Below are positions 39,328 to 52,400 of a stretch of DNA of 64,000 nucleotides, piece by piece. The translations under genes were made by a program, and so were the position numbers. The notes under the pieces were generated by a model. It was given only the letters and a program-made list of their open reading frames with translations, did not search any database and was not told the DNA's origin. Within the stretch, counting starts at the first letter, position 1; each line of letters opens with the position of its first letter. The DNA lies in contig OZ249437.1 in the NCBI GenBank assembly GCA_965235115.1, positions 10,850,001 to 10,914,000 on the forward strand, in the 5' to 3' direction. The DNA is from Laetmonice hystrix (taxonomy: Eukaryota).

Positions 39328-40183
39328 TATCGGGTGGATAAAAAAAAACGCCCCGAACTTTAAACTTTAATATTTCAAAAACTATGCATTATAATTCAAT
39401 AAAATTTCTCTTAATATCACTTCATGATATTGTCTCTGGTATGTTAAAGTCTCAGCTCAATAGCTTTGATATTATTCCCGTGGCGCTAAAAACAAAAATC
39501 AGTGTCTAAAAATGCAATGCCGGAATTAGGTCAAATATCATGCAGCTGCCAGGTGTCCAATTTGACACCTGTTTGATGCACCGCATTGTACCTTGGGTAA
39601 AAAAAATCAATATTTAGTTTTTGCGTGTTTTACAATATGTATCATTTTGTGGACCACTAGATATAATAAAATATGTGCTATTCCTAAAACTTTTAGAGAA
39701 AAACAGATGTTTAATGTGCCAAACCCTACAGAGAAACTGCAACATTAGGACGATATGACTGTAACGAGAAGTTCAAGGGAAATCGTATCATTATCACGTT
39801 TAGAAACACGTTCAGAACGTTGCGTATTTCCCAATGTTGCGAAGATATCTCCTATCAGAGATCAGGAAGTGCATTGGCTCATGGAAAAAGAGACTGAGAG
39901 CAGTATGAAGTGAAAACGGGGGACCGATTGACCACCTACTCTAGTGTGAGGCCAGGGACTCTGGGTGCGACTACCACTCGCTTTAGCCCGGCATTGCGCT
40001 TTTGTACAATTATTTTTGTTTATAGCCCCACGGAAATATTATCCAAGCTATTGAGTTGTAACATTAACAACTAAGAGACAACATCATGAAGTGATATTAA
40101 GAAAACTTTCATTGAATTACAATCATTACTGTCTGAAATATTAAAGTTTAAAGTTCGGGGCGTTTTTTTTTATCCACCCGATA
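39328..40183. mobile_element. Non-autonomous Tc1/mariner-like element, ~110-bp imperfect TIRs, TA TSD
   Basis: TA|TATCGGGTGGATAAAAAAAAACGCCCCGAACTTTAAACTTTAATATTTCA ... reverse-complement copy ending CCACCCGATA|TA; no ORF inside. Confidence 0.85.
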
Positions 40184-43131
40184 TAATAGGCCCAGTTGAT
40201 CTGTCTTCATGCGCCGAGGTTCTAAACACTCTTCTCTTGTAATATTAATTTGCTGGGAACCAAACATACGACGACAGTTATAAATGACAACTCAATAGAG
40301 GAGTTTTGACTGAAGCAAACTAAAGTCATTCAAATTTTCAGAATGAAAATGCCAAGTCAGCGGAAATATCAGCGCGAGGCATTGGTCCCGCCTGCAACAG
40401 GTCATGGTTTGAGAGTCGGCGAGTCCTTACAAGTTTACTGGCCCGAGAAATCCTACATAACGAGTGCCGTTTGAGAGCTTTATACTCTGTCATGTACGCC
40501 GACAAAGCTCCGCGTAAAATTATACTTTGTTAGGGGTTAAAACAATAACGGGAAACACTACAATGAAAGTTCAAAGGGGAGAAATCTATTCGACGCTATT
40601 TAAGGCCATCACAACCCCTTTTGTATAGGACTATAGGCCCTAGATCTGCGCATAAAGACCCTGAAAGGTAATTCCACGCATCATGGCCCAATAATAATTA
40701 GTAAAAGCCTATATTAGGGGTTAGATGACATCATCACAGTGATGTGTGCAGGCAAGGGCTGGCGGCACGCATGGTGCTATAGGGACCGAATAAAGTATTA
40801 GTCCTCAAGCCGACCAAGATAATGATGACATAATATCTGTAACAAAAATACATCGATACCAAAATCCAACATCCTGACAATCTGCAGATTGACAGCCTCC
40901 GGTATTGGCGTATATATTTAAGCGTATATTGAAATGGTTGTGTCGGCAGGGTCGTGAAACCATGCACGGGATGGTCCAGTCCTCATCCACTCACGCAATA
41001 GTCACAACAATTATAGTCTACACTAAACTCTATGTGCACGCAGACTGCTCACAAGGTAGGGGGCATTTAAAGAGACGGATGCTACATGACAACATTTTCT
41101 GAGGTTGCAGGATATCATTATCTAATTGTTATAGGCCTATGTTCAATTTTTCGGGGAAGCAGGCCACCAGATCCTCTAGAAGGGCGTGACAGCTTGGGAC
41201 ATGTTGGGCCCTCCCCCCCCCGTCCCTCAGCTACGGTCCTACACCCTCAGACATTATGGTAAGTTCCAAATGTCAAAGTCAACCACGGCAACTTTTACGA
41301 ACCCTAAATTTGGTCCCGAGTTTCTCCTCAATTAGCTCAGGTTGTATACATTTTCCTGTTAGTGTGTATTATACTCGGAGGGCCGTGACACGACAAACCT
41401 GGTTCCGGGGAACAGATGCGGTCTGGCTGGTCCTATGGGAGCAGAGGACGCGGTCAGCCGCTGGACAATGACCCCACTGCAGCCTCTGTCCCGTACAGAG
41501 GGTGCGACAGGCGTGTTGTCCATTCCCGGAAACTCCCATCCGGGACGCCTGACGTCACAATGCGTGTCAGAAACAATGTGCTCCGTCTCCTCAAGGTGGC
41601 AGGGTACCATCAGCGCAAACTGTTATACGATCGTTTCCTTCATTACCACCTCGGATCATTGAAGGCACGTGTCAATGTGTACCTGATTGGACGGCAAGCA
41701 TCCATCTGGACCTCGTCCATTGGTTTCCCCTGCGGAAAATGCCGTTGTATCTTAGTTTTGTATAGAGCATACAATTTAGATGAGTACAATTCTCACTCTG
41801 ACTTTGTCGATGAGTCTAGACCCTGCCCTGCCCAGCTGGGGTAATTCTTGGTCCTAGAATACACAAACAACCGCCCCAGTGACCCTGCCCTGCCCAGCTG
41901 GGGTAGTTCCTGGTCCTAGAATACACAAACACCCCCCCCCCCCCCAGTGCTGGCCAACCTCTCATGGATGTGTGCCGAAACGCTGATTATTGTGACTTAT
42001 AGTATATTGCCAATATTATATTAAGTGAGTACAACATGTATATGTGTGGACCATATTACATAAGTGTTACGTTCGGACCTCTGTAAAATATGGAACTTTG
42101 TGTACTTTCATTCTCTACAGCTATAGTTGTTGTAGCTCTCCCAATAGCACGTTTACGAACTTAGTTTTCCTTGACAACGTTCCTTGACGAGTAGATCTAA
42201 TGTGACCGTGTAGATTACCGACACGTTTTCGTCACCCATAGCAACGTTTCCTTCAAAATGTTAGCACAACCAGCTTTCCATGCAAAGAGTGGGAATCGAC
42301 GAGAAAAACGTGTTACTTTTTCCTTTCTACACGGGCACACGTCAATGAAGACTTGCCCAGGAAACCCCGTTCGTGTAGAATAGGCGATTAATTATTAGAC
42401 AAAGTAACACATACAATTAGACCTATTAATTATCTGAAGTTAGCACATCGGTTTTCCTCGAAAACATGAGTGACATAACGACAATTTACATATATATGTG
42501 GTGTGAACAGGTGTTCCAGATGATCTTAAATCGTATTATGTCACTGTCATGGCCGTCCCGACCCGCTGGCTGACCCAGGCTCCTGTATCCCAGGTAATTC
42601 TATTATTGACCTCTTTATTTATCCCTTTCTAAGCCTGCCGCTACTCGAACTGCACCACTAACCCCACGCCACGTGCCTCGGCCATTTAAAGATGGCGGCG
42701 ACCATAGTATACCACGTGCTTTGTGTTGACAGCGGCGGCGGTACAAAATGACAGGTGTATTTACTCGTGTGAACGTAATGTGCCGACCGGCCACCCCCGC
42801 CCCACCCACGCCCACCCTCCCCCGCCCGTACACTACCCGGTATATGGGCTAGACCTACATCAGCCATGAGGCCAGTCTTTATTAGATTCCACACTGATAA
42901 ATTATTCTTTGAGCGCGCCGTGCCGCCCGATTTTTCAGGACTATTTCCTGTGAACACAACATATGGCAGTGTTTGTCCTCAATATACCCCTGTCGGGGAC
43001 GCCGGGGCATTATTAGGAGAAAAAGATTATTTGGCCAACTTAAATAAAAGGTTTGGCCGTACATCTTGTGCAATCTTGGGGGACTAATAGCATCACAACA
43101 ATTAAAGTTCATTAAGTTAAAATTTTGTTTA

Positions 43132-43349
43132 CACTGTGGGAATGGCGTTTAGGGATTAAACACCTGGAAACATGTCACAAGCTAAACATGATCCACATTG
43201 TCTCCAAATTTTAAATGCCTTTTTGTATCATAATTTCCATCCACAGACAGTTCAAGACTAGTGTTCTTGACATGTTTAGACCAATGATGTTTTAAAACAA
43301 GAAATGTGTTTCGGATTGTGTTTAGAATCTAAACGCCATTCCCACAGTG
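43132..43349. mobile_element. 218-bp MITE, TA-flanked, CACTGTGGG termini
   Basis: TA|CACTGTGGGAATGGCGTTTAG ... CTAAACGCCATTCCCACAGTG|TA, perfect 21-bp TIR. Confidence 0.85.
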
Positions 43350-45417
43350 TAAACGTTAATTCAAGGTCCGTGTTTTTGCGAAACAACGTCTGTGCATAAT
43401 ACATGCCTCAACCGATGAATATTTACTAAACTATACCTTTAGATAAAATCACGATAGTTATTCATTAACCCGCTTTGACCTTCGTCTATAGAGGTTACGA
43501 CGAAGCTAGCTGTTCAGTTTTATTTGATTAATTAATCGTGCTGCGAGAGGTCGTATCCTGGTTAATTTGTGTGATTAGGGAAGTCGGCCTACATCTGCTG
43601 ACATCAGGCCACTAATGAACCAGGTGAACGTCCGCCTGTAGGTATACATGTATCACGTCAACGTATATCATGTGATCTAGAGTACCCACAGCAAGTTTAC
43701 TCAATGAACTGGTGACGAGGTCATGAACTTAACCCCCCAACCCCCAAATCAATCACTCTACATAATACCGGTTATCTATGTCGTGAACCCATTCTTATAT
43801 TACTTCTCCACATATGTTCTGAGTGAATTCTATAATGAGTTTGGTGTCCCAGGAGAAGTGTATGCATGCAGCTTCGCGTGTTCAGTGAGTGAGATGACAT
43901 ATCACGCCTACCTATTGCTGACATCTCTTTGTTTGAGTTAGTAGAACTCGGGGTCCATACATAACGAAAGGGGGCGTGGGCATGAAATTTATCTCCTTTG
44001 AGATTATCTGTAACAAACCACACAAAGCCGTATACCTACGTGCTGTGTACGGGCTACGTGTATATTAAGTATTTTGAAGTATATAGGCCTATGGTGGATG
44101 TACGTGATAAAAGCCAATGGTCAGCGAGAAATCAGCCCCCTATACTCCTGGGATTATGACGTTTTTAGGAAACGGTTCTTCTATGCCAGGCCTTGAGAAA
44201 CCTTATTTGTTTTCGATATTTCTTCATGCATGTAAAGAGCGAGTGTTTCCTGCGTAGGCCCTGCTTGGCAAGCATATTGTAAGCGTAGAGATATTGTGTA
44301 CAACTGATTTATATATCATTTCTAGCCATAACCCTGAAATTTTATTTATATCAAGACTGAAGTGACAGATTGGTCCTTTGGGCCGGGAGGATTATATTGT
44401 CTATAGATGTGAGGATCTTTATCTCTTGTAAAGATATATTGAATATCTTAAAAGTTATCATAATGTGTATACATGTACCAATATATACATTAAAAGTGCA
44501 CTCATGCCTGTCAGTGTGTAGGGGTGAGTGTGTGGCTCAAATATAGACATACCTGTATATTAGTGATGCAAACGAGCAGATGTCTGCATACGGATACTGT
44601 GTCCGTACGTCTGCATGCATTGATAATGTTAATCCCTTAGAGATAATTAATTAGTATATCGAACGCTGTCACATTGTACAAACAGCCTGCAGGTCACGCA
44701 TTTATCGTAAATACATCTTGGCCCCTTAACACCTCAGACTATCCTCTGATGTTTGGGTGAGTCTTGCGAAAACACTGCCAGAAGACATCGTCTGACTTGA
44801 CATACAAAGTTGTCGAGAATTATCTTTAGTATAATCATCGGTTATAGTCAAAATATCAAATAGTATTAACAAAATGCCAATAAAGAGATCAAGTCATTGC
44901 GTCAGGCGTGAGTGTTTTCATTCACTGGTTACGTAACATAATCATCGATGATTTTAGGATTATTAGTTCTTGACCTGTATAATAGGTATACATATGTAAC
45001 AGCCCCCGCCCATATCCCCACCTCAGTTCCTACACCACCAGCCCATAGGGTTCGGACACAGATGACCCCCGCTGGGGTGACCCACAGTTCCGGTGCCATC
45101 TTTTGTTTCCAGTTTCTAATTGACAACAGTTGCTACCGTTGTCCCCCATGCAGCTGTCACCTGAGTGGGACGCCTGGGAAACAGCTCGTGGGACGGTGAG
45201 AAGGTGGTTGGCACGCGCCCGGTTTATACCCTGCCCTATAGTCCGGGCGATGGGGGCGGGGTGTTACTGGGGCTAACTGGGCGACAGTTGGGGCCGGGAT
45301 GAGGTGGGAGAGAGCTAGGGGTTGTCAGAAATTGTCACTTGCCAACAGGGATCAGGAGACCTGTGGGGGGGGGGGGGGCACCCTCATCTGTATGCAGGTG
45401 TATGTAAACTGAGAGGG

Positions 45418-45435
45418 GACTGACTGACTGACTGA

Positions 45436-45480
<45 letters not shown>

Positions 45481-45718
45481 TGACTGACTGATTGGTTGGT
45501 TGGCTGACTGGCTGACTGGCTGGTTAGCTGACTGACTGACTGGCTGGCTGGCTGGTTAGCTGACTGACTGACTGACTGACTGACTGACTGGCTGGCTGAC
45601 TGATTGGTTGGCTGGCTGGCTGACTGGCTGACTGACTAACTGACGAACTGACCGGCTTACTGGTTGGCTGGCTGGCTGACTGCCCGAATGACTGACTGAC
45701 TGGTTGGATGGCTGGCTG

Positions 45719-45755
<37 letters not shown>

Positions 45756-45826
45756 TTAGCTGACTGACTGACTGATTGGCTGGCTGGCTGGCTGGCTGAC
45801 TGATTGACTGGTTGACCGACTGGTTA

Positions 45827-45868
<42 letters not shown>

Positions 45869-46141
45869 TGACTAACTGGTTGACTGACTGGTTAGCTGGC
45901 TGACTGGTTAGCTGGCTGACTGGCTAGCTGGCTGGCTGACTGGCTGATTGGCTGACTGACTGACTGGCAGACTGGCTGGCTGACTGACTAGCTAGCTGGC
46001 TGACTGGCTGGCTGACTAACTGACTGGCTTACTGGCTGACTGACTGACTGACTGACTGACTGACTGACTAACTGACTAACTGACTAACTGACTGGCTTAC
46101 TGGTTGGCTGGCTGGCTGGCTGAATGACTGAATGACTGACT
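45418..46141. repeat. Compound tetranucleotide microsatellite (CTGA/CTGG)n
   Basis: ~720 bp of interspersed CTGA, CTGG, TTGG, TTAG and CTAA units. Confidence 0.97.
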
Positions 46142-47919
46142 GTATTCTCGACAATGAGCCAGGGTCGATGGGAGGACGTATAGCCAAGACAGATCACGTG
46201 CTAACCACCATCTCTAGGATCATAACTGCCATTCAAATATTCCTGCATAGCCTCTATAGTATACGTTCATGCCGAGTGCTTCTATCTCTCTTCAACTGAA
46301 GTATACATCCTATGATCATGATTATAATTCATTTATAATCAATTTTTGTAACAATGCACTCAAAACAACAACACTACATGTGATACCTAAGCGAGCGTGT
46401 TTAAGGGGGGGGGGGGGGTCGGGGGGGGCATTGAACCATGCCTTGCCTTTGAGTTTCCAATGATAAATAAAATATTATCATCCACTGCATGCTGCTCGTC
46501 GTAACAGGGCAATATCCTATCCTTGCGACTTTCTAAGTACGACCCTGCATACACTTTTATATACGCTGGCCTACAACCCACAGGTGATGAGTGTCCCTAT
46601 AGGGGCCTACCACTGACCCTCATATTACTCATTATGGGCCTACCACTGACCCTCATATTACTCATTCTACCTATTTCCGTCAGTAATATGAGAACTATCC
46701 CCCCATGAAGCTGGACACAGCGAGAGGCCATAGATACGATATCACAGCACCTGGTCACACGCGGCTGAGGACTATTTCAGACGTTCAAAGAGAATTAAGA
46801 ACCTGCGTTGGGGGGTTTCCCCTTCCAATTTCTCAAATCGATACCCCACCGTACCAACCCGACCCTGTTCGTTTCTGGCGTCAGACATGTCAGAAACGTT
46901 GTTTTTTTTATGAGTGGCCTACAGGTAAGATCAACATCAATTCCTTGGCCTTTCTTACATGTTTGTGTCTAGAACTATACACCCACTCAACGCACATCAC
47001 TAATTATGTGCTCACATGATGCTAGTGAGTATTTCTTCTGAGGGATGATTTAATTAACATGATAAATGCAGATGTTCCTTGGCATTTTAATTACAGGTTC
47101 TAACAATACCTTAGTCACGCAGATGAATCTTATTATATCTGTCTGGTTGTTCTGAATGCGTACGTTTCGTCTCTCCTAATTGGAAGCATTTAAACTTTGT
47201 CATTTGCCATCTCAGCGACTCGGAACAACCTTGGGCGAGTTATAGTTCAAGGTATCATGCTGCAGCTGGAGGTCTTGGTTACACGTACTCAGTCTGAGTA
47301 TACATGTAAAATAGGGAGCTTTTTTTGTAGCGATAGTGTAATATATAGGAGAGCATTTCAGGGAGCTGTTGTTTTTGAATCTATAGGTGCAGAGGGTTTC
47401 AACCAACGGTGTTGAGTTGATGAAAGCAGTTTGCCCCAGCACCCTCGGTGGCTGTTGAGTTGAAGCGTGGTTTGAACGTGACCGTCACGCATGGCGGCCT
47501 CTCCTCCCCACACCTGACGTCTGGTCGGGTCGGCCCTGTGGCACGCGACCAGCTCAGCCATGCATGACCGCTTGCCCCCGGGCTCAGAGACAGGGGTTCC
47601 TAGAAACGTAACGGGACCTAGTCTACATGTCAGCTATATATATGCCGTCAATGCTGGTGGCTATATAGAGCAAAGCGATGCTGATGGAGGGGGTTGTTGC
47701 ATTATATTGATCTTGCAAATATTGTACATGATAATAAGGCTTGCTGTGGGAAAACTGTCGCATAAGCATTGGGGGCTATACCATCTGTCATGATACTTCC
47801 TGGCAGACACTGGGCTCGACCCGGTAACCAAGACCGGCACGTGCCCAGCCAGCCAGCCAGGCAGTGGGGGTTTTACTCGCCCTAGAAGAGTTCCATGTAC
47901 ACAAAGGCCAGCGAACGTA

Positions 47920-48073
47920 ATTGGCTGAGCGCGACCGGTGGGGACGCTGGCACAGCCGAGGCTTTGTCGGCTTTGTCCCCACTGCCACCTAATACAGGTT
48001 TCACATCAGTGAGCGTGGGAGACAAAGGTGGGTCTGGAAGCTGGCTTCACCAGACCGTGCCCGCGTATATAAA
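47920..48073 (+). promoter_or_regulatory. Putative CCAAT and TATA promoter of the SPSB3-like gene
   Basis: ATTGG at 47920 and TATATAAA at 48066; followed by a putative non-coding exon ending GAG|GTACGT (48353) and acceptor TTCCAG| (exon start 48618) 11 nt before the ATG. Confidence 0.5.
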
Positions 48074-48628
48074 GCTGGGGTCGCCAGGCATCACACAGGC
48101 AGGTCAGCAACAAACAGGGGAGGTGGCGGACGGAGGGGTTCGACCTGTAGCGTTCATTGCAACCAACAGCAATCCATCTAGAACACGCCCTCGCTACCAA
48201 TATCTCGTGAACGTAAAATTATACCAGCCAAACACGTACACCGGGTCACCTCAATGTACCGCCGTGAAATATACCTCGGGGCGGGAGAGACTAGTGGAAG
48301 GACAGACATCGCCGCAGGACGTTGGAGGGAGGATCGAGCCTTTTAAACCCGAGGTACGTGCCATTGTCATCAGCTGGCTGCTGCTTCGTCATCGCCCACC
48401 GAGCGAACAAAAGCAGTACACCAGCTCGGTCTAGTCATCGGCCTCGCCAGCCATCAGCAGCAGCAGCAGCAGCAGCTACGGTAGTGGATCACCGAGAAGT
48501 AGGACACAGATCACGCTTATAAAACAGGCAAGCTGGATTTCTCTACCTCCGTCGATTCCGGCCCGACAAAGGCTGCCGTTCAGTGGGCGTGTTTCCCGTC
48601 CCTGCTCTCGGTTCCAGGAGGGGGCAAC

Positions 48629-49441
48629 ATGCCGGCCAAATTCAGCCGATCGTCCTCTGATCTGGTCATCAAGGATGACCATCAGAAGGAAGTCAAAATG
48701 GACACGTCTTCCTTTGTGGACATGTTCTCCATGGGTATCATGCCCATGCTCCGACCGCCTCCTGTTTTAAAGTGTCCATTAAAAGACGGCTGTCCCGAGC
48801 AATGGGCATGGAACCGACACGACAAGTCGCACGAAGTCAGGCTACACGGACCCAAGGCCCACTCCGCCCACTTTCACCCGAACTGGTCGAATGGGACGGC
48901 TGGGGTACGAGGTAACAAACCCCTGAACGGGGGAACCCACTACTGGGAGATCAAACTGTCACAGCGTGTATTTGGAACCAGCATGATGTTTGGTGTAGGC
49001 ACCAAACGAGCCCGATTACATGTCGACTCCTTTGTGAACTTGCTAGGTGAAGACGACCAGAGCTGGGGTTTGTCACACAAAGGTTTACTCTGGTATAACG
49101 GCAAGTGGAGACAATACACCAAGGCATTCCGAGAAAACGAGGCGGCTGTCATCGGACTGCTCTTTGACTGGAACCAAGGAACATTGACCTATTACAAAGA
49201 CGGCATGTGCCTTGGCGTCGCCTTCACAGGTCTGAACAAAGTTGAAGAAGATCTCTACCCTATCATCTGCTCGACGGCCGCTAAGACTGAGATGAGTTTA
49301 GGGGTAACGATGCGAGGATTCACTGATCTCCAAGACCGGTGTCGGGCAGTGATAGTTTCAATCTCCCAGGGGGAGAATGAGATAGACGATCTGCCCTTAC
49401 CCAATAGGATCAAGACTTTTATCAAGGACGGCATGCACTGA
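48629..49441 (+). CDS. SPSB3: SPRY domain-containing SOCS box protein, SPSB3/SP555-like; single coding exon
   Basis: W.WN..DKS...HFHPNWS.GTAGVRG.KPL..G.HYWEI......FGTSMMFGVGT...LLGED..SWGLSHKG SPRY core plus C-terminal SOCS box LQDRCR...LPLP..IK; the real start could be a downstream Met. Confidence 0.92.
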   Translation: MPAKFSRSSSDLVIKDDHQKEVKMDTSSFVDMFSMGIMPMLRPPPVLKCPLKDGCPEQWAWNRHDKSHEVRLHGPKAHSAHFHPNWSNGTAGVRGNKPLNGGTHYWEIKLSQRVFGTSMMFGVGTKRARLHVDSFVNLLGEDDQSWGLSHKGLLWYNGKWRQYTKAFRENEAAVIGLLFDWNQGTLTYYKDGMCLGVAFTGLNKVEEDLYPIICSTAAKTEMSLGVTMRGFTDLQDRCRAVIVSISQGENEIDDLPLPNRIKTFIKDGMH

Positions 49442-52400
49442 CACCGGCCCAATATTATTCTTCACCAACCTCGTCCAGCCGGCACTGTGTAAATGATGCA
49501 TCATGCATGCATGTATGATGCACGCGTGCCTGCATGACTCCATCTTGCATCAGAAGCAGACGCGCAGGTTGAAGCTTGGGGTAGGGGGGGTTATTGGGGA
49601 CCCGACATTTTTAAATGTCCGCCAAATGGTGCATGCATAACTCAGTGAAGTGATGGCATCATATAATGCTGAAATCGTTTGATGCCTTATAGGAGTGACT
49701 TCATCGCGTCTCATTGCATTCTCTATTTATTTGTGTACATACGATTTAGTCATCAGCACTGTAAATACTACCAACATTGAATAACTGTATACTATTAAGT
49801 TTATCACTGATCCACTTGAAAGTATTTCTATAAATGAAGCGAGCATGGAGGAACAAAGATCTCAATGGAAGCCGTGGCCGACCCGGCTGTGCTGTCAACC
49901 AGCATCAGTCGTGCCATTGTAAAATCCAAGATGGCGTCTGCCATTCGCGGATGGATCAGTGGCAGCCGGGGCCGTGCCTTCCCCACACTGTGAATTATTT
50001 ATTGTATCACTGCATCCTTTGTACACCAAAGGATGCAAAACATGGATGAGGTATTCTAGTCAATGGGCACTCGTGCTCTTATGAATCCCTTTGTATATAG
50101 ATATGTTAGTTAGATAAACCGCTGTGTCTGTAAATAGCCGGGGGTGGGGGTGGGGGGTTAAACCCCCAATGATGGAAAAGTGAACATGTATGCATGTATA
50201 TTGTGTTAACTCCCCTCTCCCCGAGCGATCTGTATTGGTGTATACATGTCAGTCTGATTAAGTTATTCGATACGGGACATTTTATACTTACATGAAACAG
50301 AGGTGGCCTACATACAAGTTTGTACTGAGGGTACTGGTATTTATCGATGCAAAATATATGTATGCAGTGCGTGTGTTTGAACCGTTTGATATACGACAAG
50401 TCACATGCGGGCTTACCACAACCATGCTGTGCTATATATATGATATATTATTCAGTTGAAACATTAATGAGAAGGAAGATTTGGACATTTCTGCTGGGGT
50501 CAATATATAGAACTTCCATGTAATGTGTCGAGTCTACATACGCAAAGCTAAGGCAGAGAGACGGGGTGTGGTATATGCAGCGTGTATACGGGCCAGGTGC
50601 TTGCAAGTTGAACGGTTTTCCTCGGTCACTTTGTTATAAACAGTCTATAGATACCGGTGTGCTGTTCGTTGGGGGTCGGTCCGCAGCCAGGTGGGCACAT
50701 CGACCAGCTGAGTATCTCAACCGTAGCGTGACGACAGCTGAATAGACAGATGCGAAAACTCAACGGTCGGAACATCTTGCCGCATTCTTTCACACAACTT
50801 TGAGAAACATCAAGAGCCCTCATTCTGATATTATCTGTAAGTCATCATTTTCTTCTCTTTATATAATATTGGTAATGTCTAGGCCTATTCAAAAACACCC
50901 CATTGAGGGGGCTGGAAATCATTGTTTAATATGGACGATGGATAAAGATCATTCAAACATGTGTTGGAATGGCAGTGTGTGGTGGGTAAGGTTGGGGGTG
51001 GGGCAGCTGCTCGCCACAATACAGCCAGCCAGCCAGCCAGCCAGCCAGCACGACCGTTTTATACTCAGCCAGGTGCGATCAGTTTAAAAGACGCAATGGT
51101 CAGATGGTAGAATTTGAATCTCAGAGTCATACAGATAGCTATTCAACCGTATAATGCGAGTGACTTACCCCCAATCTGCATGGAGCGAGGCTTACCCATA
51201 GGTTTAACCCATGCCTGGACTTAGGGCTATAAGAGAAGCAATATGCAAAAATAGAACATTTGGTATATATGGCAGTGAAGGATAGTTTTGTGGCATTATC
51301 TGTAATTTAGGCCTACATGATAAAAGGCGACAATATATGCATGGTATATGTTTGGGGAGAGTGCCTTTTGTGAGTTTTGTCAATAATTATACCGTTTATT
51401 ATAACATTCGGTATGCCAAATTAGGTGAAGACCTATATGCATGGAATCATCAGCTATTTTCAGCTAGGCCTAACGGTATGCTACAATGACCCGAACTCAG
51501 GTGTGTGAACATAGCAACTCCACGTTTATATTGAACCCCAGTGCCAGGTGGTATACATTTCAGGCCATATTTACGATACACCGGTGAAGAAAGTGTTGCC
51601 AAAATGTTGCAATATAATCATACGAAGGTGAGGAGAAAAAATGTATTAAGTGATCTTGACATGCCTTGTTGTGACTTGAAAATGTGGAGTAATTTGCTCA
51701 GTGAATGCGTCGCTTTGGGAGGCCAGAGACTACTCTCATGTACCGCATAAACCCTGTTGATGAAGACCTGAAACGGTCGGACATCGTAAGTTATACCAAA
51801 CGTTCTTGATTATCCAATATTACCGATCACAGTTGATAAGAAAACGGTAGCAAAATGTAAGCCAAATGAATCTGTATCGTTTGCCATTGATCAAAATTAT
51901 ATGTTTAAAGATAACTACACGGTTATTGGATGTCATCGTCAAAGTAGATGATTTCTGTCAACTCTGTGGCCGCGCGTGTCAATGGTGGTGCTCAGAGCGC
52001 GTGGAGATAGATATAGAACATAGACTAGATGTTAAGTTATATGTAGCTCTATAGTAAATTATTAATATTAACTTATTTGTTCTGCTGTAAATTCTTCCAG
52101 TGGTACAACGGTATAGGGTTTATGTGCAGTCCTATAGGTTATACTATAGGTCAAGTTGTGACATTATTATTTCATACTTTTATGAAAATGAATGTGGAAA
52201 ATTGAAATATTGTTCGATTTCACGTGTGAGAGTTTGCTCATCTCCCTTTTCAAATTCGTTAACGGAAATTTCAAATTTGTCAGGGTGGCCTGCCGGGTGC
52301 CGGGCGGCATGGGGACAGTTGACACTCCCTCTGTCCTGTCGACTGGCCAGTCAAATGCCTGTTTACCCCCCATCATTTTACCCCCTGCCCGCCCCCCTGG

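Noticed and set aside
47895-48434. 179-aa ORF upstream of the SPSB3-like gene
   Set aside because: Spans the promoter/TATA region and a donor site; no recognisable domain
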